The notes under the pieces are model-generated. The model worked only from the letters and a program-made list of their open reading frames with translations, made no database searches and was not told the DNA's origin. Shown one piece after another: positions 10,613-23,338 of a DNA stretch of 64,000 nt. Location of the stretch: positions 11,284,001 through 11,348,000 of the forward strand of contig OZ316775.1 of assembly GCA_973851085.1 (NCBI GenBank). Direction: 5' to 3'. Source of the DNA: Ptychomitrium polyphyllum. Taxonomy: Eukaryota. The translations under genes were made by a program, and so were the position numbers. Position 1 is the stretch's first letter; every line of letters begins with the position of its first letter.

Positions 10613-13600
10613 TGTGAGTTGTAGAATGAGTTCAGTTTGTTGTTTTTGCTTATAATTAGTAAAAAAATAATATTAGTACTTGGAATAAGGTGCAATTGAA
10701 TGTTGACCTTTTTCAACTTTTATTATAATATTTTAATCCTATATCTATTATTGTTAGTTTTCTAGTGTTATTTGAATTATGGCATTTGGATCTATAATTA
10801 ATTAGCTATGAATTTTGAAAGTCCAATTATATTATGAAAATTTGGTATGAAATGGTTTTCATATAAATGATGGATTTTAGTCATTAAAAATTTAGAGTAA
10901 ATCACTTAATTTATCAATCATTTAAGTGATTTAAAACGCAAACTCAAATGATTGATAAATTAAAAGTAGGGGTGATGAAAGATTGGAACTTTGCATAAGA
11001 TAAGTTTCAATTTCCTTTGTGCAATTTTTCATTTATATTATTAATAGGAGGTAGATTTATTAATTTGACATGGTTGAATGAGGTTTGAATGCATTATTAG
11101 GAGTATGTGATGAACTTTGTTAGTACTTGTTGAATGCCTTGTTAGTGGATGATAATTGCTTTGTTATTAAATAGATGAATGTATTGCTAATAGATGAATG
11201 TTGTATTATTGGATGATGATTGTATGGCTTAATATTACTTAAAACGTAGTTAGAATTATATTAGATTAAATTTGTTTAGAATGCTAGGGCTAAAATTTTT
11301 TAACGTATCAAGTTGGCTGAAGGTACGTTTTCTTCTCACTGTAGTGGAATTTTATTTAAAAAGAACCTAGTATCCTTTTGTTGTAAAACTTGGTATTGAG
11401 TAATTTCCAATTTGCACCTTAAGGAAACAAATAAGAGCCAATCTCACCCAAAGTTGTCTTGTGTGGCATCAATTGGATGTAGAAAGGAACAAAGTAATAC
11501 TCTTTCTAATAATTTCTCAATTGGCATTTTGATGTCATTTTCTTTCCATGAAGGAAAGTTTGCACACTTAAGTTGGTTGCACGTGCCTTTTAATTTAACT
11601 CCATAATTCTTATCACTATCAATTATCAAAATTTTAAGTGGATGATGTGGATATTATTGGATGTATAGCAATTAGTTCAAGAATTAAGATTAAATGTTAT
11701 ATAGAATTCGTTTTAAGAAGCCAAACTAGGTTCCTGCTTTGGATGAAATAGATAGATTGCATACTTCACAAATAACAACATCTCTATCAATTAGAATGAA
11801 TTTTAATCCGTCAAACCAAATCTTGGAGACTGATAGTCAAGAATCTCTGTTAATTAACACATCACAACCTAACAAAATGGCTACTCCAACAGATCCTTCC
11901 ATAAATCCTTTGGTTGGGCCTAGGGATATGCCTATAATAGTTCCAATTGGATTGAGGTTGGCTAGTATGCCCTCCAATCTTTCCAAGTTTTGTAGAACCA
12001 AAATGGAAGATCCATTACATCATATAGAACATTATATAGAAGTCTTGTATAATTCCCTAATAACAAATCAAGGCTACTATTTGGTTTGGTTTCCTACTAC
12101 ATTGTATGATGAAGCTTATGATTGATACCGCAATCAAACAGAAGGAATCTTCACCACCTAGAGTAGACTCCAAAGAGACTTCATAATGAAACAAGAGCTA
12201 CAAGCAAGGCTTCAAGGACGACATCATGAAACAATTATAAACCTTAATAGATTAGGTGGTAGGATTAGCTAGAAATCAAAATCCAAACCTTCTTCCACCT
12301 CCAATTGAATTTGGAAGACACTTCTCGGGAATGTGGTACACTACTCAGAATTTGGAAGACACACCTCGGGAATGTAGTAGACAAGAAAGGCACTCAATCC
12401 AATTTTGCAATGCCATGCCATTACAAGACCAACAAAGGTTCCAAATCTCTTATAGAATTCAAAATTATCAAGGAGATAACTAAGGACAAAATCAAGGGCA
12501 TTAAAACTATCAAGGAGCTAATTAAAGAGTTGGAAATCAATATAGATAGCATTTTGAGGTCCATGCTTTTGTGGTAAGCGCCATCCACTTGGACAATACT
12601 AAATAGAAAGCCAAATAGTCTATAGAAAGTGTGGTAGTAATCACCTTATAGATATATATAGGAGGCTTGATAGAATAATGCCTATGCAACCACCTGTAGA
12701 CAATTGTGCTCAATTGGCCTATGACAACCGTAGAGGTGCTAAAGACCCTCTTTATGATAATACCTTACGGCCTCCAAACCTTTACTATGATTATGATAAT
12801 CATAAGCAAAAACAAAATCGACGAAGGACACTTCAAATTAGTACAAGCTTCCATTTTGTAAATTCCAATCAAAATTTTAGCCAAGGTTCTAGAAGCCAGC
12901 CACATATGGGCCAAGGCTTCCAAGATGTGAGGTTTGCAAGACAATCTAGCAGATAATTGGTAGGAACTCAAGCCTCAATGTCAGCAGTCTTAATTCATCC
13001 AACCCTTCTTCAATAAAACTTGATAATAGGCACTTGGATTCCTTCTAAGCTGCAGTAATCCAGTGTACTACCAACCTTAACTATCATAACTAGATCTAGA
13101 GTTGCCCAAATGCCACTCATAGTGGAAAAAGAAGAGACTACCAGAGATAGCCCATTTGCACTTATCAGAATTAGAAGAAGTGATTAAAGAAGCCACAAAG
13201 ACCACTAGAATCAAAAGTAAGAAAACTTTTGTATTTGAGCCAATGGCCAAAGATATGTTCTTCCAAACTAGAGGTCTTAAGAACGACCATGTAATGGAAC
13301 AACAAATTAAAACTTAGGAGGGCTCAAAAATACCTGAGGAGGATTGGTTGAAATAAAGTAAATGCCAAGTAGAAGCTTAAATAATGCCCTATGATATGTG
13401 GGCTAATTTGAAAGATGTAAAGTTTGACAATTTTGTAGCCCAATTGTTGAAAATATCACTTGTAATTAGAAATTCTTTAAGGCTGGATACCAACTAATTG
13501 CCGTAGAAAATCTCAAACTAAAGTGGCAGCAAGGATCCATACCAACAATAGACTAATAGATGTTAAGTCAATAAAAATTGAAGGATCCATTGTGAATAAG

Positions 13601-16600
13601 AGCTTGCCTAATGTTATGGTAGATGGCGGAAGTGAACTGAATATTAGGCCTTTGTAAACTATAGAAAGGCTAGGCATAGAATTATTATCATTTGTAATTA
13701 ATATGGCCAATTAGAGCCCTAAGGTACCATTAGGCCAAATTAAAGATTGTAAGGTGATCACTTGGGGGAAGGATTATCTCCTCTTAATCCATGTCATAAG
13801 GATACATTCCAACCACGGATCATTCCTACTTTTGTTAGGTAGGCTTTAATTGAGAGTAGCTAATGCAAAGGTAGATTGAAGAGGTGATAGGCCTCACATT
13901 GTATATGGATCTTCTGACAATCTTACCAAGATATGCATCTAGCCTAGTGTCTATAATCCAAGCCAAGATGGAACTTATTCTTCAAACGATGAAATGTCCA
14001 TCATTGTAATTAAAACCAATGTGCAAAAAAAAGTGAGCCTTGATGTAGGAAATTCACATGCCTTAACACTTTTAGTAAAGACTAAGGATTTTCTTTTGAA
14101 GTGCCTAGGTCCCGGCTTGTATGATTAGTAAGATGATGGCTACTTTACTACGTGGTTAATTAAACACCCCCCTTCAAATATAGAATGGTCATCCTATTTT
14201 GTAGAAGCAAAATGGTCAGCTGAAGAAGGATTTGGATATTTAGAATTAGCCACCCTAGTAGATGATATTACCATGGAAGATGTGTGTCACTTCTATATGG
14301 ATGGCACTCAAGTTGATGAGCTTGAGGTGCTAATAGAAGAAGAAGATCTTTACCTACCTTGTAGGGTCCAAAAGACATCAGTGGATCTTCAAGTAGGTTT
14401 TGACATAGATACTAATCCTTTAGTAACAACATATTGGTATTGCAGGCCAATGCAAGACCACATTAAGTTATAAGATTGGAAATTGATGGATATACCATTT
14501 GGAAGGGAACCACTGCACACCATTAAAATAGGAGTACAACCCATAGCTAAGGAAGCAGAGAATTATAGGACCCTCATGAATGAATTTTGTGACATCTTTG
14601 CTTGGTCATGTAAGGACTTGCGGAGAATTCTTCCTAAGGTGGTCCAACATACTATTCTCCTAATTCTAGGCTTTAAAACGATTAGGCAGAGAAAGAGGAA
14701 AATGAATCCAAAGCTAAAGCTAATATGTAAAGCAGAGTTGGAAAATTTGTTAGAAGTTGGAAACCACATTTACAATTCTTTGGAGAACCTTCATCTTTGT
14801 AGTAATGCCCTTTGGGCTTTGTAATGCTCCAACTGCTTTTTAAAGAGCCATGGCTCATGCTTTTTCAAACCTATTACACAAAACCATGGCGGAGTTCATT
14901 GACAACTTTAGCACTCAGACATCTGTAAATGAGCACTTGAACACAGTTAAAGAGAATTTTATACACTGCAAATGGGCAAGAATTGTCCAAAATCTTGAAA
15001 AGATATATCTAGCAGAGAATTAAGGTGTTTTATTGGAATATGTAGTGTCAACAAAGGACAAGTAGCCAAATTTTGAAAAAATAGAGATGATTATCAAATT
15101 TACTTCATCAACCAATACAAAAGATATGGAGAAAGTCTTAGGCCATATGAACTAGTATAGAGACATTATGGTAGATTATACTACCACCTCCATTTTTCTT
15201 ATCAATCTTATTAAGAAGGCTATCAAATTTGAATGGACCCCTGAATGTTAGATGGTTTTTGACACCATTAAAGAGCAAATAGCAACTTGCCTTGTAGTGA
15301 GACCTCCTAATTGGAATCTACCATTCCATATATATTGTGATGCATTAGTTATAGCAGTTGGTAGTATCTTATATTGGTCTATAGGCCTAGATGGTAAAAA
15401 CCTACATGTTACATTTGCTAGTAAGCAATTGAATGTAGCGGAGAAGAACTATAGTAGTACGGAGTGGGAATGTCTAACTATGGTCTTTTTTGCTAAGAAG
15501 TATTGCCATTACCTCTTAATGATCCAAGTAGTATTGTTTATAAATCATATGGCCATCAAATACTTGGTCAATAAGGTAGAATTGAATAGCTAGCTTGCCC
15601 AATGGATCTTTTTATTTGAAAAATTTGATTATATTGTAGAATACAAGCTTAGCAAGATGCACAAGCAAGCAGACCACTTGTCTAGATTATCTACAGAATT
15701 AGCTTTACATCCCATCAATGATGAAATTCTAGCAGAGAGCTTATTTTTTGTTTCCACAAATCTTCATTGGTATACTCACATTGCAAACTTCTTAGTTACC
15801 CAGCAAATGCCCTTAGTCTTGTCTAAAACCGAAAAAAAAAAGGTATGCATTTATAATAGGTATTTTGCATTAGTAGGGAGTAGACTATATTGTAGTAGAG
15901 TAGATGGTGTTTTACAAAAGTATGTGAATGCATTTGAGATTCTAGACATTTTAGTGGTTTGCCATAATAGTGTTTGAAGCAATTATTTTTTTGGTCAACT
16001 TACTAGCCTAAAGATCTAAAAGCTGGGTTATTATTGGGCTATATTATTTCAAAATGTACATGCTCATGCAAAAAGGTGCAATGCGTGCCAATGCTATGCA
16101 AAGAACAACCTTAGAATGAATCTACCTTTTCACATTTTATTACATCTAGTTCCTTTCAAGAAACGGGGAATTAATTATGTGGAAGAGGTTCATTCTAGTT
16201 CTTTTAGCCGTATGAAACACATCATAGTAATTATAGAATATCTTACTAAGTAGATAGAAGCTAAGGCGGTCAAAACCAATGATGCCAAGAGTGCAGCCAA
16301 CTTCTTCTTTAAACAAATCATCACTAGATTTGGCTGCCCGCGCAATTTGATTAGTAATAAGAGCAGACATTTTTTGAACAAAGTAATCAAAGAAATGACT
16401 TCCAAATTTAGAATTAATCATAGAAAGACTATTGCTTACTACTTCGAGACCAATGTCCATACAAAAAAGGTTAATCAAACATTAATAAACATCTTCAGGA
16501 AAACAGTAGTAGACTGTAAAAGGAATTGGGATGTGAAGCTTCCAACTACATTATGGACCAATACAACTACATTCAAGGCTACTACTTAGACTATTCTTTT

Positions 16601-19055
16601 TTCTTTAATTTATGGCTGTGAAGCCATTCTACCTTTAGAATTTGAGGTCCATTTTCTTTGGATCATCATCACAAAATGCTTATCAATTAGCCAATCCTTG
16701 GAAGATTGTTTGGAACATTCCAAAGGATTATATTAGGGACCCAGGAAATTAAAAGCAAAAAAAGAGTGTACCCCATGAATTAGCTTCCAAAGAGCTAATG
16801 ATTAATAAGAACTTGATACAAAGACTAGAATAAGGCAAGATACAATATGATCCACAATTTGTGTTGGCAAGACTAAGGAATACCTTGTCTTGCCTCCTAT
16901 TTATATTGTGACGTTTATATCTTCTAAAATACTTCTAAAGAAGCTTCCTATAAGGCTTAAGAATGTTTTAGAAGTCTAAGGAACCTTCCTAAGAAGTTTC
17001 CTAAAATGTTAGAACCTTCCTTGGGAGTTTCTTGAGGTGGTGGAACCTTCTTAGGAAGTTTCCAAAGGTGGTGGAATTTTTTAAGGAAGTTTTCTGAAAT
17101 GGTAGAACTTTTCTAGGAAATTTCTTAAGAACGTAAAAATGACTATAGAGACATTTGAAAGTATTCTAAGAAACTACTATAATATACCAAAAGGTTCTAG
17201 AAGATTCTAAAAGGTTCTAAAGACTATGTGGCATGATCTATGTCTGTGATAGATTAGATAAGGCTAAATAGCAAAGCACTTAGCATATACAAGTGATCCA
17301 AAGGCGTAGAAAGGTGGCATTTAATAAGAAGAACAAAGTACAAAGGCTCTACTTTGGAATGTTATTTTTGTTGCAAAATGCCAAAAGTCTAGATTTTTGA
17401 AGGAAATTTGACATTCTTTGGCTGAGTCCCTATTTGATGAAGGAAGTATTTTTGAACAACTTTGTGTAGTTAGAAATTCTTAATGAAAATGTATTTCTAA
17501 TACGTACAACTTAAAGCAGATGCAAGGAGTACCACACTTGATGGACCATTTCAACGATGGTTATTTCCGTTTAAAAAGACAATGATGGTCTAGGTGTAGT
17601 AAATTGTATTATTTAGTATATAATGTCCTTTAGCTCAATAAACTCCTTTTGATTTAGATTCAACATTTTCAAACTTAGCAATAGATTCTAACTTCATTCT
17701 TTTGTTAACATCTTTTTCTACGCCGAAATCAATCTTTTCTTTTTTATTAGTTTCTTATCTAATCTTCTCAATTGATAATCCATCTTCTCTTTTTCTTTCT
17801 TGTTGTAAAAAATTAATGTTTTAACTTGGATTGTATAGCCTATAGTCCTTTTAAATTCACTTTTTTTACTCTGGGTTCTCTTTTTCTGTTAGTTGTCCCA
17901 AATGATCACCATATGGAAGCTATAAAATGAGTTCATTTTGTTGTTTTTACTTTAAATTGATAAAAACATGATGTCAATAATTGGAATTAGGCCTAAGTAA
18001 GGCCAAGAGGCTCTTTTTACAATGTAGTTAGCTCTTAAGGAATTTACTATACAAATTAAGTAATTATTAGAAGTTTACATCTATTAGGAATAAGGAATTG
18101 ATTAAATTAAGTAAAGAAAGACAATTTCCCAACTTAAATTGATTAGTAGTTATGAATTAGATTGAAAACTAAGTTAGGTGAAGGTAAAGAAGTTTTCCAC
18201 CAATAAAAGTGAGATATGGCTTAATGTAGAAAGATAAGAGATAAACTCCCAAAAATTATTGAATTAGGAGTTAAAATTAGATTAGATAATAGTCAAGTAT
18301 TAGTTAATTAAAGCTAAAGGGCCTTGAAATTGGAATTGAGGTTTAGTGGAACAAGTTGGTGCAACATTATGGCATGACAATGCCACTTCAAAAAATCCCA
18401 TAATAGTTGATACATATTGAAAGGAAGAGACAAGATAAAAGGGACTCTATGTCACTTTCTTTTTGTTTGATATTCTCATTCCTCTTCACTCTCTTGTATC
18501 TTGCCTCTTTCCTTTACTCATTTCTTTCTTGTTTTCCTTTTTTATTTTTCTTCATTGATAGAAGTAGTGTGGAATTGTAAAAAAGATTTAGGAGATATTG
18601 AAATTGAAGTTGTTGATCTAAAATTTGCAAGCGTAGACCTAGGATTTAAGTGGCAAAAACCACTATTCTAGTAAGCCACGGTCATGCCTTAATAAGTCCT
18701 TGAAATTGATTTCATTCTTTCATTTCAATTAGTTTTGTTATAGACCTTGTTGATAGCTTTCCAATGTCGTTCAAAGCACTCAATTTGGACTTGTAGTGAA
18801 GCTGAACGTTGTTGTTAGCTTTCCAATGCCATTTGAATCTATAGAGATTATAAATCTTGAAAGTCTAAATACATTATGAGAAATTGGTATGAAATAGTTT
18901 TCATATAAATGATGGATTTTAACTATTAAAGAAATAATGGTAAAAAATTAAATTAGACTACAAATGCAACTTGAATGACTGGTAAATTAAAAGTAAGATT
19001 GTGTGAACTAATATACCCTCCAATTAGGGCAGGGGAGGGTTTTATTAGACTCACA
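10613..19055 (+). mobile_element. Decayed Ty3/Gypsy LTR retrotransposon (non-chromovirus-like) inserted in the TNL LRR exon
   Basis: Termini are TGTGAGT (10613) and ACTCACA (19055), a TG..CA 7-bp inverted repeat, and LRR homology stops and resumes at these points. Internal remnants occur in Gypsy order: gag with decayed Cys/His knuckles (about 11800-12700), protease NVMVDGGSELNI (about 13610-13645), RT (DIFAWS...VQHTI; MPFGLCNAPTAF, about 14560-15050), RNase H (PFHIYCDA...AEKNYSSTEWECL, 15250-15690), integrase (Zn-binding CNACQ, core LISNKSRHF, 15950-16730 and 17257-17600). Diverged direct repeats at about 10750-10970 and 18810-18995 are LTR remnants. Many stops and frameshifts. Confidence 0.9.
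16731..17251 (-). mobile_element. Solo LTR (521 bp, family A) inserted in the Gypsy integrase C-terminus
   Basis: Perfect 5-bp TSD GATTA at 16726-16730 and 17252-17256. Termini read TATCA...TAATA on the minus strand (TG..CA decayed by transitions). It carries a TATA-like tataaatag on the minus strand and 31-bp subrepeats. Removing it restores the integrase frame (...EHSKGL|DKAK...IQVIQRRRK). Homologous to the copies at 28238-29209. Confidence 0.9.
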
Positions 19056-20480
19056 GATATCCAACTTAGAGAGTTTGTACATTGCTGGCTGTAAGCTGCT
19101 GACAGGGTTACCTCCTTCCGTGTGTGGGCTCTAGAAGCTGAGTGTTCACAATGAGGGCGTTGGCAGTGAGAGAACTGCCGGAGGATTTCGGCGAGCTCCA
19201 GAGTTTGAAAGAGGTTAATATCAGAGGTTGCGAGCAGTTGCAGAGCCTTCCCGATCAGTTTGGCTCTCTTAGCAGTTGACAGAAGCTCACATTGTATTGT
19301 TGCAAGAGGTTGACCAAGTTACTAGAGTCGATTTCGAGGTTGTCCAACTTAGAGGAATTGGTCATGCATGATTGGACGCTACTGACATCATCTTTGTCTT
19401 CCGTGTGTGAGCTAGAGAAGCTGAGAGTGTTCACAATGCAGGCGTTGGGAGTGAGAGAACTGCCGGAGGGTTACAGCCAGCTCCAGCCTTTGACAGAGCT
19501 TGAGGTCAGAGATTGCGAGCAGTTGGAGAACCTTCGCAATCATTTTGGCTCTCTAAGCAGTGTACATACGCTCTTTGTGGGTGGTTGGGGGAGGCTGACC
19601 AAGTTAGCGGAGTAGTTTTTGAGCTTTCTTAACTGAGAGAAGTTGCAGAATGATGATTGTACGCTGTCAGAACGTTACCTTTTTTCGTTTGTGGGTTTGG
19701 GAAGCTACGAACTCTGGCAGTGACTGACAGGCTTGCAAACGAACTTTCGGGGATCCTTATTCAACTTCAGGGCTTGACAAATGCTAGTTTTAGGAGCCGG
19801 AAGTGGTGGCATTGAGTTCGTTAGTTGTTTCGCCTTCTTAGGTGTATATGGTAATTGAGATTGGGTAGTTGTGAGAGGTTGAGGAATTTGCGAGATTCAT
19901 TTTCAGAGTTATGCAACTTAGTGTTTGTGGACTTGTCTGTGTGTAAGGTGATCGAAAGATTACCTCGAATGTCTGGGGTCAAATAGAGGAGCTTATGTAT
20001 TATAAGGACAATGCCTTCAAGGACTGTTAGAAGACGTAGGTGAGCTTCGCGGGTTGACCAAGTTGATTTGAATGATTGCAAGCAGTTACTGAATTCAGAC
20101 CTTGGCAGAAGTTGAGTTTCGGAGCTGCACTGAGTTGAAAGTTTTCGTGAAAACCTTGGGCGCCTTGGGAATTTTCAGAATTTGGATGGTTGCGAGAGCT
20201 TTAGCAAGTTACGAGATTTATTTTTTGCTTCGTCCAAGTTGGAGGAGATGAGTGTGTACTGGTGTAAGCAGATGCAAGCTTGACCTCCTTCTATGTGCAA
20301 GCCGAAAATGCTGGGAGTCATGTATGGAGAATATGGGTCTAGAAGAACAAGCAGAGGACTTTTGCCTACTTGAAGAGCTTGACAGGAGAGGAGGTTGCCC
20401 TGGTAAGAGGGTAGGCGGGAACCTTCTCTGGTGGGATTGGGATTGAAATGATGTGTAGATCATGAAGTGGGAGACAGTTC
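19056..20480 (+). pseudogene. Orphaned, pseudogenised 3' LRR portion of the TNL gene
   Basis: Resumes in register with the upstream LRR (tccaacttagagagtttgtacattgctggctgtaagctgctgacagggttacctccttcc = SNLESLYIAGCKLLTGLPPSVCGL*). ORF 19292-19615 is LRR. Stops and frameshifts increase distally, and the right boundary is approximate. Confidence 0.85.
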
Positions 20481-22614
20481 GAGAGGCCTGTAGTCATAGC
20501 ATTCTACATCAATGCAAGGGAGCAGCCTTTTGGAAAGGCCCTTTGGGAAAGAGGTTGTAACAAAGATCTGGATACAATCCTCTTTTCGAATCTACCAATA
20601 AATGTCATACGCATGAATTCCCAAAGCCTCTGCCATAGCGAAGAAAGCTCAATTACCATTTCCAGTTGTTGATCCAAAGGGTAGTTTGAGCATGTGATGG
20701 CTATGTTTCGTACAAACTAGAGACCTGAATATGAAGTGATATAATGACATAATCATCTTGGTTTACCTATAAGATTGTTTTGCACACTAAGTTTGAGGTT
20801 GATGGTGACGTAGAGGAAGTTTAAGAGGATACAATCCATTTCATAAGCATTTGGTGTGTGAAGTGTTTTGACATATGGAAGGGGTTATAAGATAATCTAA
20901 GAACTTTCTTTCTTTTGAGAGTATCAACCTTTTATTTCAATGTTAAAGGCATTAGATTTCTTGATCACCTTTATGAAAGTTCCTGTTTTAGTGCATAAAA
21001 GTTCATAAGCATGAATGCATAAATTTAAAATACATATTCAAGTGATACTATAGATTGGATATGTTTCTATTGCATTAGCAGATATCATTTTGACGTCTCA
21101 TAATAGTTTGGTGTCACAAATGAACTTGGTTGGCTTGAAGTAAATTAGCTATTATCATTAGTATGAAATCTAAAATTAATCTTCAAACATGTCATTGATC
21201 CTCATATTAACTTTAACAGAATTGCACAATTATCAAATATACTTCAAAATAGTATTTTGTGGAAATGCTGATAATTACCTATCACATACTATTAAAGCTA
21301 TGGGATCTACAATCCATCTTTTAATCTAGCTTACAAGATTTGCAAATTCTTTGTTCTAAGGGAGGATAGGTGAGGTTACAAATTTTCATTCGCTTAATAA
21401 TGCATAATGGAAATCAAATTAATTAGAAAAATTGCTCAAACCCACAAATTTGTTCCAATCCTCTGAAAGATGGTTATAACCATAGAGAGGTCAAATACCA
21501 TGGCAAAGGTATATAATTAATTGTCATTGAAATAAAGATTTGTAATTATTACCAAATGGATTTTGCAAATATTTATGTGGAAGTAATATAGTTGATACTT
21601 CTCATATTCTACAAACTTCTTCACAAGGAATCATTTAGAGGAGAATGGTTTATATTGCCCACTTTGTCATTCCACTTATGTGATTACATATGTATAAGAT
21701 GAAACAAGAAGCTTGATTCTGTAGAATGCTATAGGATCTATGTTTTGGACATGGATTACTTTTCAACAAAGTGAGGCGTTTGATATTTCCTAGAATCCAT
21801 TGGTAATAAATACTTCAAAACAATGATTAAATCACAATAGCATCAAATATGCCTTTAAATTTTTTTGCCTCATTATCCATTATATTCATTATTAAATGGC
21901 ATTTCATAGTTTTTACATTAAAAGCTAATTTCAAAGTATGATCCTTCAATCAAAATAATTGATGATATAAATCTTGTATACATAGCCCATTCATATCACT
22001 AGCATATGATCCTCTTATATTTTTATATATTAAAATCAATTTTCAAGATTAATATATGGATAAATGTTTAGAAGATTTCCTAGGAAATTATTCATTGAAT
22101 ATATTTTTTATAAAACATCATATAAATCATCATCAATTCATTTATAAGCATCAAATTATAAAACTTTAGAGTTTTATAATGGATTTATCTAGAATGATGG
22201 ATTTATCTTGTAATGAATACATTTTTCTTAATATATGAGGTATTTCATATAGGTATGTTTTACGTGTCAATGCTTTGTAAGAAAGCCATATTCACAATTG
22301 AAGTACCATATGATTTCATTGTAATTAGTGCAATAAAGATGACAATATGATTCAATTATATACTTTTAATCTATTTCATATAAATATAATGCTTATTTTG
22401 TTTAGATATCGATCAAACACTTGCCATGAAATATTACTAATTATATCCAACAATACATGCACTATGAACATTACAAGAGTTACAATGTATCACCTATAAT
22501 TATATATGATCAAACACCTCTATATAAAAATGCGAAAGTAATACTACCATTACATGCAAGAATAGGTATATATAAACTTTAATTAAAACTTTATGTACAA
22601 TGAAGCATCTTGCC

Positions 22615-22697
22615 AAATACTCCATTCTACTTCTAAATACTCCATTCTAATTCTAAATACCCCATTCTACTTCTAAATACTCCATTCTACTTCTAAA
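22615..22697. repeat. Minisatellite, 20-bp unit AAATACTCCATTCTACTTCT x4
   Basis: Four directly visible copies with 0-1 mismatch each. Confidence 0.95.
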
Positions 22698-23338
22698 GTA
22701 TATTACACTCAGTTCATGAAACAATATCCTCATACTATACCATAAGGTGCTAAAGGTTAGAATCTCCCGAAATCCAAAGATCTTCTCCTTTATGTGAATG
22801 ACTCTAGGAAAAGGGACTAAAAGCAGAATTCATTCACTACAAGAAGCAAACACCTCAACATCACTAAAAGCCACTTTCACAACACTAAGAAGACATGATG
22901 TACAGTAGTTCACGTTGTCCTTTTCGCCTTCTGCACTTCTCCCACACCTACTTGAAGTGCTATGATGAGCTATGAACAATGGCAAGTGAGTCTACACCTC
23001 AAACCTGATCTGAACGAAAAAGCACTCCTCTTCTTGTGGTACATAACAAGCCTATATCCATGTTGTACCTCCAATGACCAAGAAAGCCATAACCCGACCA
23101 ATAACAAAGCAAGTAAACTGACTACATTATATATCTCCCCACTGATTCAAATCTACTATATCCCGCGCTGATTTAGTTCTCCATTTTATCTTATGCACAC
23201 AAGGGAGGAACCGTTCTACTCTACAGATAACTCTTCACATGCCAAATATGTCTGAAATTTGGTGCTTGGATGAGCCCACTTGCCAGAGTTAGTTTCAGTC
23301 AGGATGGATTATTCTGAATTCTGCTAAATTCAGCATAA

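Noticed and set aside
10973..11310. TGAT...ATCA block as an independent solo LTR followed by a PBS
   Set aside because: The flanks (agggg / agttg) are not a TSD, the PBS is unconvincing and there is no second copy. Kept only as part of the chimeric-element finding.
16980..17135. 31-bp repeats (also the 20-bp repeats at 22615) as a possible CRISPR-like array
   Set aside because: Head-to-tail units without unique spacers, inside an LTR in a eukaryotic context, and no cas genes.
20700..22500. Possible LINE remnant (NGLCIQDLYHQ resembling GGLGIxDL on the minus strand near 21990)
   Set aside because: A single short degenerate motif with no other RT or endonuclease motif recognisable by eye; it needs a profile search.
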